Part shown: in pieces, positions 44,593 through 57,134 of the stretch | How positions within the stretch are numbered: the stretch's first letter is position 1 | Layout of the letters: each line of letters begins with the position of its first letter | From: an uncultured Actinomycetota bacterium | Lineage (GTDB): Bacteria > Actinomycetota > Actinomycetes > JAHEKZ01 | Assembly (NCBI GenBank): GCA_963726755.1 | Contig: CAVSDB010000001.1 | Coordinates: 1,341,225 to 1,405,224, forward strand | DNA length: 64,000 nt | Reading direction: 5' to 3' | The notes under the pieces: model-generated | Databases searched by the model: none | What the model saw: the letters and a program-made list of their open reading frames with translations, nothing else | Told to the model about the DNA's origin: nothing | Translations under genes and position numbers: made by a program

Positions 44593-46355
44593 TCATGCCT
44601 CCTTTGCCGAGGCGCGACGTCTGCTCGCGACGGTTGTCTGTTCGGTGCGTGGTCGCGCTCCGAGCCGTTCAGGCGACAACCCCGACCAGGGGCTTCCGCT
44701 GTTGAAGAACTTGGTGCGCGACAGCAGGCTGATCACCGGCTTGGTGAAGAAGAACACCACTACCAAGTCGATCGCGGTCGTCAATCCCAAAGTGAACGCG
44801 AAGCCTCGGACGCTACCCACCGACAAGAAGTACAAGACGGCAGATGCGATCAGCGAGATGGCGTCCGCGGTGACGATCGTTCGCCTGGCTCGTACCCAGC
44901 CAGACTCCAAGGCCACGCGCAGCGTTCTTCCCTCGCGCACTTCGTCACGGATTCGCTCGAAGTAGACGATGAAGGAGTCGGCCGTAATACCGATCGCGAC
45001 AATCAAACCGGCGACACCGGCGAGCGTCAGCGTGAATCCCATCGTCTGACCGAGCAGGATTACCGTGCCGTAGACCAATGCACCGGCGACCACCAGGCTG
45101 AGGATCGCGACGAAGGCCAGCGCGCGATAGTAGACCAGCAGGTAGATCACCACGAGGATCAGCCCCAATGCGCCGGCGATTAGGCCAGCTTGAAGTTGAT
45201 CGGCCCCCAGCGTCGGCGAGATGGTTTGCCGTTCGACGATGGTGAAGTTCAGTGGCAGTGCACCGAACTTCAAGACGTTGGCTAGGTCAGTGGCCTGCTG
45301 CTGCGTAAACGACCCGGTAATTTGCGCTTGCCCACCGAGGATTGGTCCGTTGTTCAGACCGGGCGCCGAGACCACCAACCCGTCCAGCACGATGGCGAAT
45401 CGGTTCAGTGGATCCTGCAGACTCGCCAGCCTGGTGGTGGTGTCCGCGAACGCCTTTGTTCCGTCGGCGTCAAAGTTGAGGTTAACTGCCCAGCTCGCGC
45501 CGTTCTGCGGAATGCCCGCAGTGGCGCTGTCGATGTTCGCGCCATCAACCTCGACCGGAGCCAGCAGGTACTTCTCGGCGCCATCGTCGCTGCACGCGAT
45601 CGCCGGTTCGGTCTTCTTGAACGTCTGTCCGATGTTCTTCTGCTTGGGATCAGAACAGTCGAGTTGAGCGAACTGCTGCTGCAGCGCTGGGCTGACGTCG
45701 GACGGTGAAGTCGGCGTCGTCGTCGGTGCAGTGGACGTCGCGGTAGGTGTCGGGGTTGCCGAAGGAGTTGGCGTCTGCGAGCCACCCTGACCGTTGCCAC
45801 CCTGGCCATTGCCACTCGTTGCACTGACTCGAGGCAGCACACCACCGTTGTTCTGACCGTTGCCGATTCTGCTCATGAACCGTTGCCCCCGCCGTTGCCT
45901 TGCCCACCGTTGTTGCCGGTCTTCGATGGAGTAGGTGACGGGCTCGGAGTGGGAGTCGCGGTTCCTGGCGCTGCGGCGAGGACCGGTCGGAACGTCAGGC
46001 TGGCGGTCTGGCCAAGTTGTGAAACCAACTCGTCCTGTCCGACATCTGGTACCGAAACCACGATCACGGCCTGCGATCCGCTGCCCTGAGAAGTGACGGA
46101 CGCTTCGGCCACACCACTGCCGTTCACGCGCTGCTCGATGATCGAGACGGCCTGGTTGATCGCCTCAGTAGTGATCTGGCCTTCTTCGCCGGGAGCCGGA
46201 CTGGGCTGCAAGGTGACCGTGGTGCCGCCCTTGAGGTCCAGGCCGAGTTTCGGCGTGGTGTTGCCAGTGATCACGATCCACGCGCCAAGCGCCACCATGA
46301 CGATCAACAGCACCAGTAACGACCTGCCGGGTCGTCCTGAAGTCGATGAAGCCAC
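44593..46355 (-). pseudogene. secD: protein translocase subunit SecD; one frameshift in the Gly/Asn-rich linker near 45875
   Basis: N-terminus in ORF 45873..46355 (LGLDLKGGTTVTLQP). Rest in ORF 44593..45876. Confidence 0.85.
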
Positions 46356-46456
46356 TCGTTGTCCCTTCGATGAACAGTGCTGGCAGGCGCTCGGCTGCGG
46401 TCACTGGATGCCGCAGGCAGTATCCCCGACGCAGGTCCAGGTTCAGACCACCAGGG

Positions 46457-46762
46457 TCAGGTGTCGCTGGTCGATTCGCCGGCCGAGTCAGCCGGTGGGG
46501 GGTCGTCCGCCAGTACCTGTCCGATCGCTCGTCGAGCGAATCGCACGACAACACCGTCGCTGACCTGCAGTTCAACCGTGTCGCCCTCGACTCCGACCAC
46601 AGTCCCGAACAGGCCGCTGGTGGTGATCACCCGCTGCCCTGGTTGCAGCGAATCGACCACCTGCTGGGTGCGCCGGTTTCGCGCTTGGGCCGGCCGAAGC
46701 ACCAGGAAGTACAGCGCTATGAACGGCACGAGCAAAACGAAGATCAACACTCCGTTGTCCAC
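46457..46762 (-). CDS. yajC: preprotein translocase subunit YajC
   Basis: Track ORF, 101 aa. Single transmembrane helix plus QPGQRVITTSGLFGTVV. Confidence 0.8.
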   Translation of the reverse strand: MDNGVLIFVLLVPFIALYFLVLRPAQARNRRTQQVVDSLQPGQRVITTSGLFGTVVGVEGDTVELQVSDGVVVRFARRAIGQVLADDPPPADSAGESTSDT

Positions 46763-46785
46763 GTCTACTCCGTTCCGCCGTTCGC

Positions 46786-47832
46786 CTACTCAGTTGAGTC
46801 GGGGTCGAACAGCGTACCTGGCATACCGGGGACGGCCGGTGGCGTGAGACCAAGGTGAGCCCAGGCGGCCGGGGTGGCCACCCTTCCCCGCGGGGTTCGC
46901 GCTAAGAGTCCACGGCGAACCAGAAACGGTTCGGCAACTTCCTCGACGGTCTCGCGCTCTTCACCCACCGAGACCGCAAGGGTGCTTACACCAACCGGGC
47001 CACCACCGAACCGTCGAACCAGTGCTTCGAGTACCCCCCGGTCAAGGCGGTCCAACCCGATCGCGTCGACCTCGTATACCTCAAGGGCTGCGCAGGCCGT
47101 TTCGTAGTCGACCGCACCGGTGCCACGCACCTCGGCGAAGTCCCGCACTCGACGCAACAACCGGTTGGCCACTCGCGGTGTACCGCGCGACCGCCCGGCA
47201 ATCTCGGTCGCCCCCTCAGGACGCAGATCGACCCCGAGCAACGCAGCCGACCGAGTGAGCACCTGCTCGAGTTCGTCGGGTTCGTAGAAGTCGAGGTGGC
47301 CAGTAAAACCGAACCGGTCACGCAACGGTCCTGGTAGTAGTCCGGCACGCGTCGTTGCTCCCACCAAGGTGAACGGTGGTAATTCCAACGGGATCGCAGC
47401 AGCGCCGGGACCTTTGCCCACCACGACGTCGACACGAAAGTCTTCCATCGCGAGGTACAGCATCTCTTCGGCTGGTCGAGCCATGCGATGGATCTCGTCG
47501 AGGAACAGCACCTCGCCTTCGACCAGCGATGACAACAAGGCCGCGAGATCACCTGCGTGCTGAATGGCCGGACCACTGGTGATTCGAATCGGCTGCTCAA
47601 GCTCAGCAGCGATGATCATGGCCAACGTCGTCTTGCCGAGGCCAGGCGGCCCTGACATCAGAACGTGGTCGGGGGCTCCCCCGCGGGCCTTGGCAGCTTG
47701 CAATACGAGCGCGATTTGCTCGCGGACCCTTGCCTGTCCCACGAACTCGGACAGTCGCTTCGGACGCAGCGCTGCCTCGATCGCGCGGTCGTCACCGGTC
47801 TGCGTGGGGTCGAGCAGATGGTCCTCGGTCAT
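46786..47832 (-). CDS. ruvB: Holliday junction ATP-dependent DNA helicase RuvB
   Basis: Track ORF, 348 aa. [11 protein letters not shown] Walker A. Confidence 0.95.
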   Translation of the reverse strand: MTEDHLLDPTQTGDDRAIEAALRPKRLSEFVGQARVREQIALVLQAAKARGGAPDHVLMSGPPGLGKTTLAMIIAAELEQPIRITSGPAIQHAGDLAALLSSLVEGEVLFLDEIHRMARPAEEMLYLAMEDFRVDVVVGKGPGAAAIPLELPPFTLVGATTRAGLLPGPLRDRFGFTGHLDFYEPDELEQVLTRSAALLGVDLRPEGATEIAGRSRGTPRVANRLLRRVRDFAEVRGTGAVDYETACAALEVYEVDAIGLDRLDRGVLEALVRRFGGGPVGVSTLAVSVGEERETVEEVAEPFLVRRGLLARTPRGRVATPAAWAHLGLTPPAVPGMPGTLFDPDSTE

Positions 47833-48447
47833 CGCGGACCCAGCAGTCGCAACGCGGCTCGAAGCAGCGATCCGGTGTCGTCGACGTTGATCCCCGCTTC
47901 ACCACGGGCGACCTCCGACGACACTTGAGACACCGCGTCGTCGGCTTCGCGCACGTTCCAACCCAACCCAATGAGTGCGGCGTGGACATCGGCCTGCCAC
48001 GAACCGGTCGGGGCCGCAGCGGAGGAACCAGTCGGACCGGCAGCGATGCCGGTGAGCCGATCCTTGAGCTCTAGGACGATGCGCTGCGCGCCCTTACGTC
48101 CGATCCCCGGCACCTTGGTCAGCGCGGCAAGATCCTCAGTGGCCACGATCGTGCGCAATGCGTCCGGCGAATGGACCGCCAACATTTGTTGCGCCAACCT
48201 CGGACCAATGCCGCTGACGGTTTGCACGAGGTCGAACACCTGACGCTCGTCGTCATCGGCGAAGCCGTAGAGGGTCAGCGAGTCTTCGCGAACCACCAGG
48301 GACGTGGCCAGCATCGCCGCCTGCCCCACGCGCAACCCGGCGCTGGTCGTTGGGCGTGCACTGCACGGTCAGACCTACGCCACCAACCTCGATCACCGCC
48401 GAGTCCCCGCTGACTGACGCCACTCTGCCGTGGACCGACGAGATCAC
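47829..48447 (-). pseudogene. ruvA: Holliday junction DNA helicase RuvA; one frameshift near 48330
   Basis: N-terminus ([33 protein letters not shown]) lies in the frame of ORF 48253..48960. Rest in ORF 47829..48335. GTG start overlaps the ruvC stop (GTGA). Confidence 0.8.
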
Positions 48448-48960
48448 CGCCGAGCTCCCGCTGCTGCGGCAGCCAATCGATCCATCGCGGCACCACGCCA
48501 GACGTGACAAATGGCCAACGCCAGCGCGTCTGCTGCGTCGGCCGGTTTCGGCACCTCCGATAACCGGAGCAGCCTGGCAACCATCGCCCCAACCTGTGCC
48601 TTGTCGGCCCTGACCGTGTCCGGTCACAGCGGCCTTGACTTCGCTCGGCGTGTGAAGCGCCACCGGCAAGCCTCGACGGGTGGCAGCAGCGATCACCACG
48701 CCACTGACCTGCGCAACCCCCATCACCGTGCGGACGTTGTGCTGACTGAAGACTCGCTCCACGGCCACCGCGTCGGGGCGATGCTCCTCGAGCCACCGAT
48801 CGACCTCGACTTCGATCGCCACCAGCCGTTCACCCAGCGGGGCATCGGTGGCAGTGCGGACGACCGAGACCGCGACTAGCTGGAGGGAACGACCGGGAGC
48901 GCCATCCACGATGCCCAACCCACAGCGAGTCAGCCCGGGATCGATCCCGAGTACGCGCAC
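48444..48960 (-). pseudogene. ruvC: crossover junction endodeoxyribonuclease RuvC; one frameshift near 48590
   Basis: ORF 48253..48960 begins [18 protein letters not shown]...[10 protein letters not shown]. The C-terminus [38 protein letters not shown] is in another frame. Confidence 0.8.
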
Positions 48961-49057
48961 GTCGCCTCCGGTCGTTTTCCGAACAAGTGTTCGGGTCCGA
49001 CACTAACTTAGCCAAAGCGGCGGCTGTGAGACCGCCACGCCGGGCATCGACCGGCCG

Positions 49058-51728
49058 CTAGTCCTCGAGCAGGGAGCGCAAGACGAACGGCAAGATCCCA
49101 CCGTGGCGGTAGTAGTCGGCTTCCCCGGGAGTATCGATTCGGACGACCCCGTCGAACTGAATCGAAGTCCCGTCGGGGCGCGTTGCAATTACCGACACGG
49201 CGCGTGGAGTGACGTCATCGTTGAGTTCAGTGATGCCGCTGACGTCGAACACCTCGTCCCCGGTTAGTCCCAACGTCGCAGCGCTCTGGCCTTGCGGGAA
49301 CTGAAGGGGCAACACCCCCATGCCAATCAGGTTGCTGCGGTGAATGCGCTCATACGACTCAGCGATGACCACGCGCACGCCGAGTAGCGCCGTCCCCTTT
49401 GCGGCCCAGTCTCGAGACGAACCTGATCCGTACTCCTTGCCGACCAGGACGACGAGGGGCACTTCCTGCGATCGGTAGTGCTCGGCGGCATCGAAGATCG
49501 GGACAACCGGTTGCGCGGGGTCAAGCAAGTCCTTGGTAAAGCCGCCCTCGACACCCGGCACCATCGCGTTGCGAAGCCGGATGTTCGCGAAGGTGCCGCG
49601 AATCATCACCTCGTGGTTGCCGCGTCGAGACCCGTATGAGTTGAAGTCTGAACGTGCGACCCCGTGATCTGTCAGGAACTTCCCAGCCGGGCTGTCCGTC
49701 TTGATCGCTCCGGCCGGCGAGATGTGGTCGGTCGTGACGGAGTCGCCAAGCACTGCCAGTACGCGTGCACCTTGCACATCGGTCACTGGGGACGGTTGTT
49801 GTTGCATGCCGTCGAAGTACGGGGGCTTACGAACGTACGTCGACGCGTCATCCCACGCGAAGATGTCACCGGTCGGCGTCGACAATTCCTGCCAACGTTG
49901 GTCACCAGCAAACACGTCTGCGTACTCGCGCGTGAACGTCTCGCTAGCGATGGTTTGCGATACGACGTCCTGGATCTCTTGAGCTGTCGGCCAGATATCG
50001 GAGAGCATCACCGGAGTTCCATCTCCGTCGACGCCCAGTGGCTCGGTGAGCAGATCCAGATCCATCGTCCCCGCAAGGGCGTACGCCACAACAAGCGGCG
50101 GGGAGGCGAGGTAGTTCATCTTGACCTCGGGGTTGATCCGACCCTCGAAGTTTCGGTTACCCGACAGCACCGAAACCACGGTCACGTCGTGCTCGTTCAC
50201 GGCGGCCGAAACCTCGGGCAGCAGCGGCCCGGAGTTTCCGATGCACGTCGTACAGCCATACCCGACGAGGTTGAAGCCCAGCTTGTCGAGGTACGGGGTC
50301 AGACCGGCTCGGTCGTAGTAGTCCATAACGACCTTCGAGCCGGGCGCAAGGGTGGTCTTGACCCACGGCTTGCGAGTCAGTCCCTTCTCGACGGCATTCT
50401 TCGCAACCAACGCAGCGCCGATCATGACCGAGGGGTTCGACGTGTTCGTGCACGAGGTGATGGCCGCGATCGCCACCGCCCCGTGCTCGAGTTGAACGTC
50501 TTGACCGCCGACGTTGACCGCGACCGCCGCTCGATCGGCGCCCGGTCCTGCGAAGTCGGGAAGCGCCTGCTCAAACATGGTCTTGGCCTGACGCAGCGGA
50601 ACCCTGTCCTGCGGTCGCTTCGGCCCGGCCAACGACGCCTCGATCGATCCGAGGTCCAGTTCGAGGCGCTCTGAGTAGTCAGGCTCTGCGTCCGGGTCGA
50701 GCCACAGCCCCTGGGTTTTGGCATAGGCCTCGACGAGCGCAACCTGCTCGACCGAACGTCCGGTCAGCGACAGGTAGTCCAACGTTCCCTGATCGACCGG
50801 GAAGATCGCCACCGTCGAGCCGTATTCCGGGCTCATATTTCCGATCGTTGCACGGTTCGCGAGCGGCACCGCTGAAACGCCGCTGCCGTAGAACTCCACA
50901 AACTTTCCGACGACCCCGTGGTGGCGCAACATCTCGGTGATGGTCAGAACCAGGTCGGTGGCGGTCGTGCCCTCGGGCAACTCCCCCGTCAACTTCACAC
51001 CGACGACGCGAGGCACCAGCATGCTCACGGGTTGACCGAGCATCGCGGCCTCTGCCTCGATCCCTCCGACACCCCAGCCGAGCACTCCCAAGCCGTTGAC
51101 CATCGTGGTGTGGGAGTCAGTGCCGACGACAGTGTCGGGGTACGCCTGCCCGCCTCGATCCATCACGACGCGTGCCAAGTGCTCGATGTTTACCTGATGC
51201 ACGATGCCGGTACCGGGAGGCACCACCCGGAACTCCGCAAACGCGGTCTGCCCCCAGCGCAGCAACTGATAGCGCTCAATGTTTCGCTGGTACTCCAACT
51301 CAACATTGCGTTCGAAGGAATCTGGCGCACCGAAGAAATCCGCGATCACTGAATGATCGATAACAAGCTCTGCAGGAGCCAGTGGGTTGATCCGCGAAGG
51401 ATCACCGCCGAGATCGCGTACCGCCTCGCGCATTGTCGCCAGGTCGACCACAGCAGGTACTCCGGTGAAGTCCTGCATGATGACGCGGGCGGGCGTGAAT
51501 TGAATCTCGGTGTTTGGCTCAGCCTGCGACTGCCATTGCCCAAGCGCGTGGACGTGGTCGCCGGTGACGTTGGCGCCGTCTTCGGTCCGTAAGTTGGTTC
51601 TCGAGCAGCACCTTCAAACTCATCGGGAGTCGATCGGAGCCGGGCACGGCGTCAATCCGGAAGATCTCGTAGGTGCTACCGCCAACCGACAGGTCCGCAC
51701 GAGCACCAAAACTGTTCGCCTGTGCCAT
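49058..51728 (-). pseudogene. acnA: aconitate hydratase A; frameshift(s) between ~51480 and 51600 near the N-terminus
   Basis: N-terminus in ORF 51519..51728 ([28 protein letters not shown]...LKVLLENQL). Remaining ~806 aa in ORF 49058..51478. Confidence 0.9.
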
Positions 51729-51771
51729 CAGAGCCTCCTACCGACCGGCGTGAGCCTACTCAAAGGATGAT

Positions 51772-51791
51772 TTATCTTGATATCAAGATAA
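51772..51791. promoter_or_regulatory. 20-bp AT-rich perfect palindrome TTATCTTGATATCAAGATAA, ~45-65 nt upstream of the acn start (candidate operator)
   Basis: Read directly. Stands out in a GC-rich genome. Followed by AGGAGG and the acn ATG. Confidence 0.35.
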
Positions 51792-51807
51792 CACGAGGGA
51801 ATGGAAT

Positions 51808-53001
51808 TCACCCAGGACCCTGCTCGCCCATCGGCGACAGCAGCGCCACGCATTCGACGTGGTGGGTCATCGGGAACAGATCGAACGCCCGCAACTGCTG
51901 GAGTCCATACCCGAGGTCGGCGGCAGTTGCGACGTCGCGAGCCAGCGCGGCCGGGTCACACGCGACATAACTGATCGCGCGCGGTTTCATCCGAGCAAGA
52001 GCGGTCAGCACGCGACGACCCGCGCCGGCTCGCGGAGGGTCGAGCACCACCAGGTCGCAGTGACGCAGCGGCGTCCGCTGCAAGAACCGCTCGACCGAGA
52101 CGCCTTGGATGCGCACCGTGACGTCGTCGGCCAAGTTGACCTCGGCATCGTCGACGGCCACTCGGTGCGCTTCGACGACGTCGACGCGTCCGCCGACACC
52201 GAGTCGCTCGCGCGAGCGGTCCCGCGAACAGTCCAACACCGGCATACAGATCCAACGCATGCTCGCCCGCGCGCGGCTGCAGTTGATCCATGACGGCGCC
52301 GACCAGAGCGTCTGCGGCCGCCGGATGCACCTGCCAAAAGCCCCCGCCGCTCACTCGCCAGTCGCGACCGGCTGCCCGCTCCACGGTGCCAGGCGTGGCG
52401 GAACCGTCGACCGACACCTGCACGTCGCCATTGGTGGTTGCAGCCGTGACGTCGACCGTTGACGCTCCGGGGAATTGTTCGGTGGTGACTTCGGACTGCT
52501 GAATCAGCGGATGGGAGATGACGCAGCGATCGATCGCAACGACGTCGTGCGAGCGATGACGTCGCAATCCGGGGTGACCAGACTCGTCAACCGCGAACGA
52601 CATCCGGGTGCGCCAACCGAGCCCAGATTCGTCAGCGGTGAGTGGTTCGACGACGACGTCACGATCAACGCCAGCCAGTCGACGAAGTTGCTCAGCAACA
52701 ACGCTGGCCTTTAGCTCACGCTGAAACGCCAGGTCGACATGCTGGAAGTCGCAACCGCCACATTCGCCGGCGTATTGGCACGGAGCAGTGACACGCTCGG
52801 GTGCGGCCTTCTCCACCGAACGAACGTCGGCGCGCAGGTAGCGGCCCTTCGGACCGATGTCGGTGACCTACCGCGAGCTACGTCCTCGCCCGGTAGCCCG
52901 TGGCGGACGAACACCACTTGACCCTCGAGGCGACCGACGAAGTGCCCGCCGTGTGCAACTGGACCGACCGTGAGCCTGATGACATCGCCGACATCGGGCA
53001 C
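51808..53001 (-). pseudogene. TRAM-domain class I SAM-dependent RNA (uracil-5-)-methyltransferase (RlmD/TrmA family); 2 frameshifts
   Basis: TRAM N-terminus in ORF 52711..53220 (GDVIRLTVGPVAHGGHFVGRLEGQVVFVRHGLPGEDV), middle in ORF 51956..52816, C-terminus in ORF 51808..52260 (VLDPPRAG...YVACDPAALARD). Confidence 0.7.
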
Positions 53002-53003
53002 GG

Positions 53004-55025
53004 TTAGTTTTCCATCTCCTCGGCGACCGTACGCTCGGCTTCTTCTGGCGTCGGCTCCCCTCGGCGCACTGCACCAGGAGCGAAGTTCTCCGGCCGTGAC
53101 TCCAGTCCCTGGCTCGACCGCAACTGGTACGGCACCGAAACGACGACGACGCCGGGCGTGAGCCGCAGTCGAGTCTTCAACCGGAGCGCGCTTTGGTTGT
53201 GCAGCAGCGTCTCCCACCAACGGCCAACCACATACTCGGGTACGTAGACGTCGACGATGTCGCGCGGGCTGTTCTCCCGCTTGGTCTTTACGTAGTCGAC
53301 GATCGGTCGCGTGACTTCACGGAACGGCGAGTCCAAGACCTTCAGCGGAACCGGAACCTTTGCCGCTTCCCACTCGGCCAGCAGCGCATCGGTCTCTACG
53401 GGATCGACGCGAACGGTCAGTGCCTCAAGCGACGCAGGGCGAGACGCTCTCGCATACGCCAGGGCACGCAGTGCTGGCTTGTGCAGTTTGGAGACCAACA
53501 CGACGGCGTGAATCCTCGACGGCAACATCTCGACGGAGGTGTCTGCCAGCAGTTCGGCTGACACCGACGCATAGTGACGTCTGATCGCCTTCATCAACAC
53601 GAAAAGTGCAGCCATCGCCAAGATCGCCAAGTAGGCACCGTGCGTGAACTTCGTCAGCAGCACGATGATGAGCACAGTTCCCGTGAGCACCAGGCCAATG
53701 GAGTTGATGACACGGGAGCGCCTCATCTGCCGACGGACTGCCGGGTCTTGCTCAGTCGACAGCAGCCGGGTCCAGTGGCGCACCATTCCGGTCTGACTCA
53801 TCGTGAACGACACAAAGACGCCGACGATGTACAACTGAATCAACTTGGAGACGTCGGCATCGAAGATGTAGATGAGGAAGATCGCCGTCGAAGCCAGCGC
53901 GATGATGCCGTTGCTGAAGGCCAGTCGATCCCCGCGGGTGTGCAACTGGCGCGGCAAGTAGCCGTCCCTTGCCAGGATCGAACCGAGTACCGGGAAACCG
54001 TTGAACGCCGTGTTAGCTGCCAGCACCAAGATGAGCGCAGTCACCGTCGCGACGATGACCGCCAAGACCGGCACAGTTGCTGAACACCGTTTCGGCGATC
54101 TGCGAGATGACCGTCTTCTGCTCCTCGCCGGGCGGCAATCCGATCAGGTCCGAGTTCTTCTCGGCCACCTTCACGCCCGTGTACATGGCCAGCCAGGTGA
54201 TCGAGGCGAACATCGCCATCGAGATCACACCGAGCAGCAACAGGGTCGTCGCCGCGTTACGTGATTTTGGCTTCTGGAACGCGGGTACGCCGTTGCTGAT
54301 CGCCTCGACACCGGTGAGCGCGGTAGTACCAGATGAGAAGGCCCGCGCAATCAGGTAGAGCACTGCGAACCCAGCGACCGAGTTCTCCGCGACCAGATGC
54401 CAGTTCGCACTCTCGGCGACTAGTTGATCGCCCATCGCGATCCGCACTAGCGCCCAACCGACCATGAAGAAGATGGAGAACATGAAGGCATACGTTGGGA
54501 TCGCGAAGCGCAGTTCCAGACTCGCGCACGCCGCGCAGATTCATCAGCGTGATGATGACGATCAGCGCGATCGCCACGGCGACGCTGTGGTCGATCACCG
54601 GAGCGAAACGCGGAGCCGATGTTGTCGACGGCTGCTGCGATGGACACCGCCACCGTCATCACGTAGTCGACGAGAAGCGCGCTAGCGACGACGACCCCAG
54701 CGTTGGGACCAAGGTTGACGGTTGCGACCTCGTAGTCGCCACCACCACTGGGGTACGCGTGCACATTTTGCCGGTAAGAAGCGACGACGACGAAGAACAC
54801 GAGCACGACGCCAGCCGCGACCCACGGCGTATAACTCAAGAAGGCAGCGCCACCGATGGAGAGGACGACCAGGATCTCCTGTGTCGCATACGCGTTGGAC
54901 GATAGAGCGTCGCTGGCGAAGACCGGCAACGCAATTCTCTTGGGCAGCAGAGTCTCGCCAAGCTTGGCGCTCGACTGTGGACGCCCTACCAGTGCACGCT
55001 TGAATAAGGACGTCACATTGGCCAC
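53004..55025 (-). pseudogene. APC-family amino acid permease with large C-terminal cytoplasmic domain; 2 frameshifts
   Basis: N-terminus in ORF 54447..55025, middle in ORF 54013..54483, C-terminus in ORF 53004..54074. Consecutive transmembrane segments throughout. Confidence 0.65.
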
Positions 55026-55068
55026 GGCCGCCGATAGTACGCGCCCCCTGGACCGCTACCGTTACCCC

Positions 55069-55731
55069 GTGCACATCGTGATCATGGGATGCGGCCGGGT
55101 TGGGTCAGCCCTGGCGCACCAACTTGACGACTGGGGTCACACCGTAATCGTCGTCGACCAAGACCCCGACTCATTTCGACGACTCGGCGGCACCTTCTCC
55201 GGCAAGACGGTCACCGGTGTGGGCTTCGACAAGGACACTCTGCTTGAGGCCGAGATCGAGCAAGCTGATGCATTTGCTGCCGTGAGTAGCGGAGACAACT
55301 CCAACATCGTCGCCGCTCGAGTTGCTCGCGAGAACTTCGGCGTCGACAACGTGGTCGCCCGGATCTACGACCCGCGCCGAGCCGAGATCTACCAGCGCCT
55401 GGGTATCCCGACGGTTGCCACCGTTCGGTGGACCACCGACCAAATGTTGCGTCACCTGGTCCCGGGGGAACTGAACGAGGACTATCGCGACCCCAGCGGC
55501 AAGGTGCTGTTGGCTCAGGTTCATCTGAACCCGGGCTGGATCGGTCACACCCACCGGAAGATCGAGGACGACTGCTCGGTGCGCGTTGCATTCGTCACCC
55601 GGTTCGGTGAGGGCATGCTGGCGACTTCACAGTCGGTCCATCAAGAGGGTGACCTCGTGCACATCCTGCTGACTGAGTCCGACTCAGATCGAGTTCAGGT
55701 GGCGCTGAACTCCGCCCCCGAGGTTTCCTGA
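55069..55731 (+). CDS. trkA: TrkA-family K+ transport NAD-binding protein (CeoB-like)
   Basis: Track ORF 54856..55731 trimmed to GTG (VHIVIMGCGRVGSALAHQL). Rossmann GxGxxG plus TrkA-C. Confidence 0.8.
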   Translation: MHIVIMGCGRVGSALAHQLDDWGHTVIVVDQDPDSFRRLGGTFSGKTVTGVGFDKDTLLEAEIEQADAFAAVSSGDNSNIVAARVARENFGVDNVVARIYDPRRAEIYQRLGIPTVATVRWTTDQMLRHLVPGELNEDYRDPSGKVLLAQVHLNPGWIGHTHRKIEDDCSVRVAFVTRFGEGMLATSQSVHQEGDLVHILLTESDSDRVQVALNSAPEVS

Positions 55732-56408
55732 TGCGCATCGCAATCGCGGGTGCCGGCAAGGTCGGCCGGTCCATCGCCGCCGAGTTGCTCGACCACGACC
55801 ACCAGATCCTGCTGATCGACCAAGACCCCAGCAACTTTCGCGCGGACCTCGGAGCGGTCTGGCTGCAGGGCGATGCCTGCGAGATCTCGACGCTTGAAGA
55901 AGCCCAACTTCAGACGTGCCAAGTGGTCATCGCAGCGACGGGTGACGACAAGGTCAACCTCGTCATCTCGTTGCTGGCGAAAACTGAGTACGGCGTCCCC
56001 CGAGTGGTCGCACGCGTGAATCACCCGAAGAACGAATGGCTGTTCAACGAGGCTTGGGGCGTTGACGTCGCGGTATCGACGCCGCGAATGCTGTCGGCCC
56101 TCGTCGAAGAAGCCGTCAGCGTCGGCGACATCGTCCGGCTCATGGAGTTCGAACAGGGTGCGGCAAACCTGGTCGAGATCACCCTGCCACCGCAGTCTCC
56201 GGTAGTGGGGGATCGAGTGGGGAACGTGAGTTTGCCCGACGACACCGCGTTGGTGACGATCGTTCGTGACGGACGCGTCATCGTCCCGTCGAGCGACGAT
56301 CCACTCGAGGCCGGCGACGAGCTGCTCTTTGTGACGACAGTGTCAGGTGAGGATCAACTGCAAGAGATCCTTAGCCCCTACGTCGAAGACGACGGCCAAC
56401 ACAACTAG
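55731..56408 (+). CDS. trkA: TrkA-family K+ transport NAD-binding protein (CeoC-like)
   Basis: Track ORF, 225 aa. MRIAIAGAGKVGRSIAAEL. Start overlaps the previous stop. Confidence 0.8.
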   Translation: MRIAIAGAGKVGRSIAAELLDHDHQILLIDQDPSNFRADLGAVWLQGDACEISTLEEAQLQTCQVVIAATGDDKVNLVISLLAKTEYGVPRVVARVNHPKNEWLFNEAWGVDVAVSTPRMLSALVEEAVSVGDIVRLMEFEQGAANLVEITLPPQSPVVGDRVGNVSLPDDTALVTIVRDGRVIVPSSDDPLEAGDELLFVTTVSGEDQLQEILSPYVEDDGQHN

Positions 56409-57130
56409 TCGTCGGGCACTTCGGCTTCGTCGGCTGGTTCGTCATCATCGTCGGAGGCGACCACCTCCGGAGGCGGCGCGGCTCGCAGGACCAGGTACGA
56501 CAACCAGGCGGCCAGCGCCACCAGCGGCCACCCCATCGCCAGCTTCACGTAGCCGAGCGCTACCGGTTTGTCGAGCAGGTACAGCGGTAGTTGGACAGCA
56601 AGGCGCACCGCGAACATTGCGCACCAGATCAACGTCATGGTCGCGTACGCCCTGCGTCGGCCCGGATTGCTGCGCCACGTCATGCCCTCGCCGATCAGCG
56701 GTCCAACGATGACCCCGATGATGGGCCAGCCGACCACGACCGACACCAGGTAGAGCGTGGCGTACCCAGCCTGCAAGAACAGGCCGGGCAGGAAGAAGTT
56801 CTTCGCACTGCCCGTCCGCGACGCGATGAACGCGGATATCGCCACGCCAACCAGACCAGCGATCGCAAACTGCAACTGTTGACGTCGGACCAGTCGAATC
56901 CCAGTCAGTACTCCAGCGACGGCCAGAGCTGACCACAGTGCTGGTGACAAGTTCTGACCAGTGACCGTGTAGACGGTCACGAAGACTGCGCCAGGCAATC
57001 CACCGTCGGCCATACCTTGCTTGCCGCCCATGGCCTGCATCAGGTTGACGCCTGCACTGCTCGCAGCTAAGTCTGGCGCTGACTCGACGTCGTCGGGGTC
57101 TAGCCGATCCTCGTCTTGGTGCTCGGTCAC
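56405..57130 (-). CDS. conserved actinobacterial integral membrane protein (DUF3159-like)
   Basis: Track ORF, 241 aa. Multiple transmembrane helices and acidic C-terminal tail. Confidence 0.55.
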   Translation of the reverse strand: MTEHQDEDRLDPDDVESAPDLAASSAGVNLMQAMGGKQGMADGGLPGAVFVTVYTVTGQNLSPALWSALAVAGVLTGIRLVRRQQLQFAIAGLVGVAISAFIASRTGSAKNFFLPGLFLQAGYATLYLVSVVVGWPIIGVIVGPLIGEGMTWRSNPGRRRAYATMTLIWCAMFAVRLAVQLPLYLLDKPVALGYVKLAMGWPLVALAAWLSYLVLRAAPPPEVVASDDDDEPADEAEVPDD

Positions 57131-57134
57131 GGCG

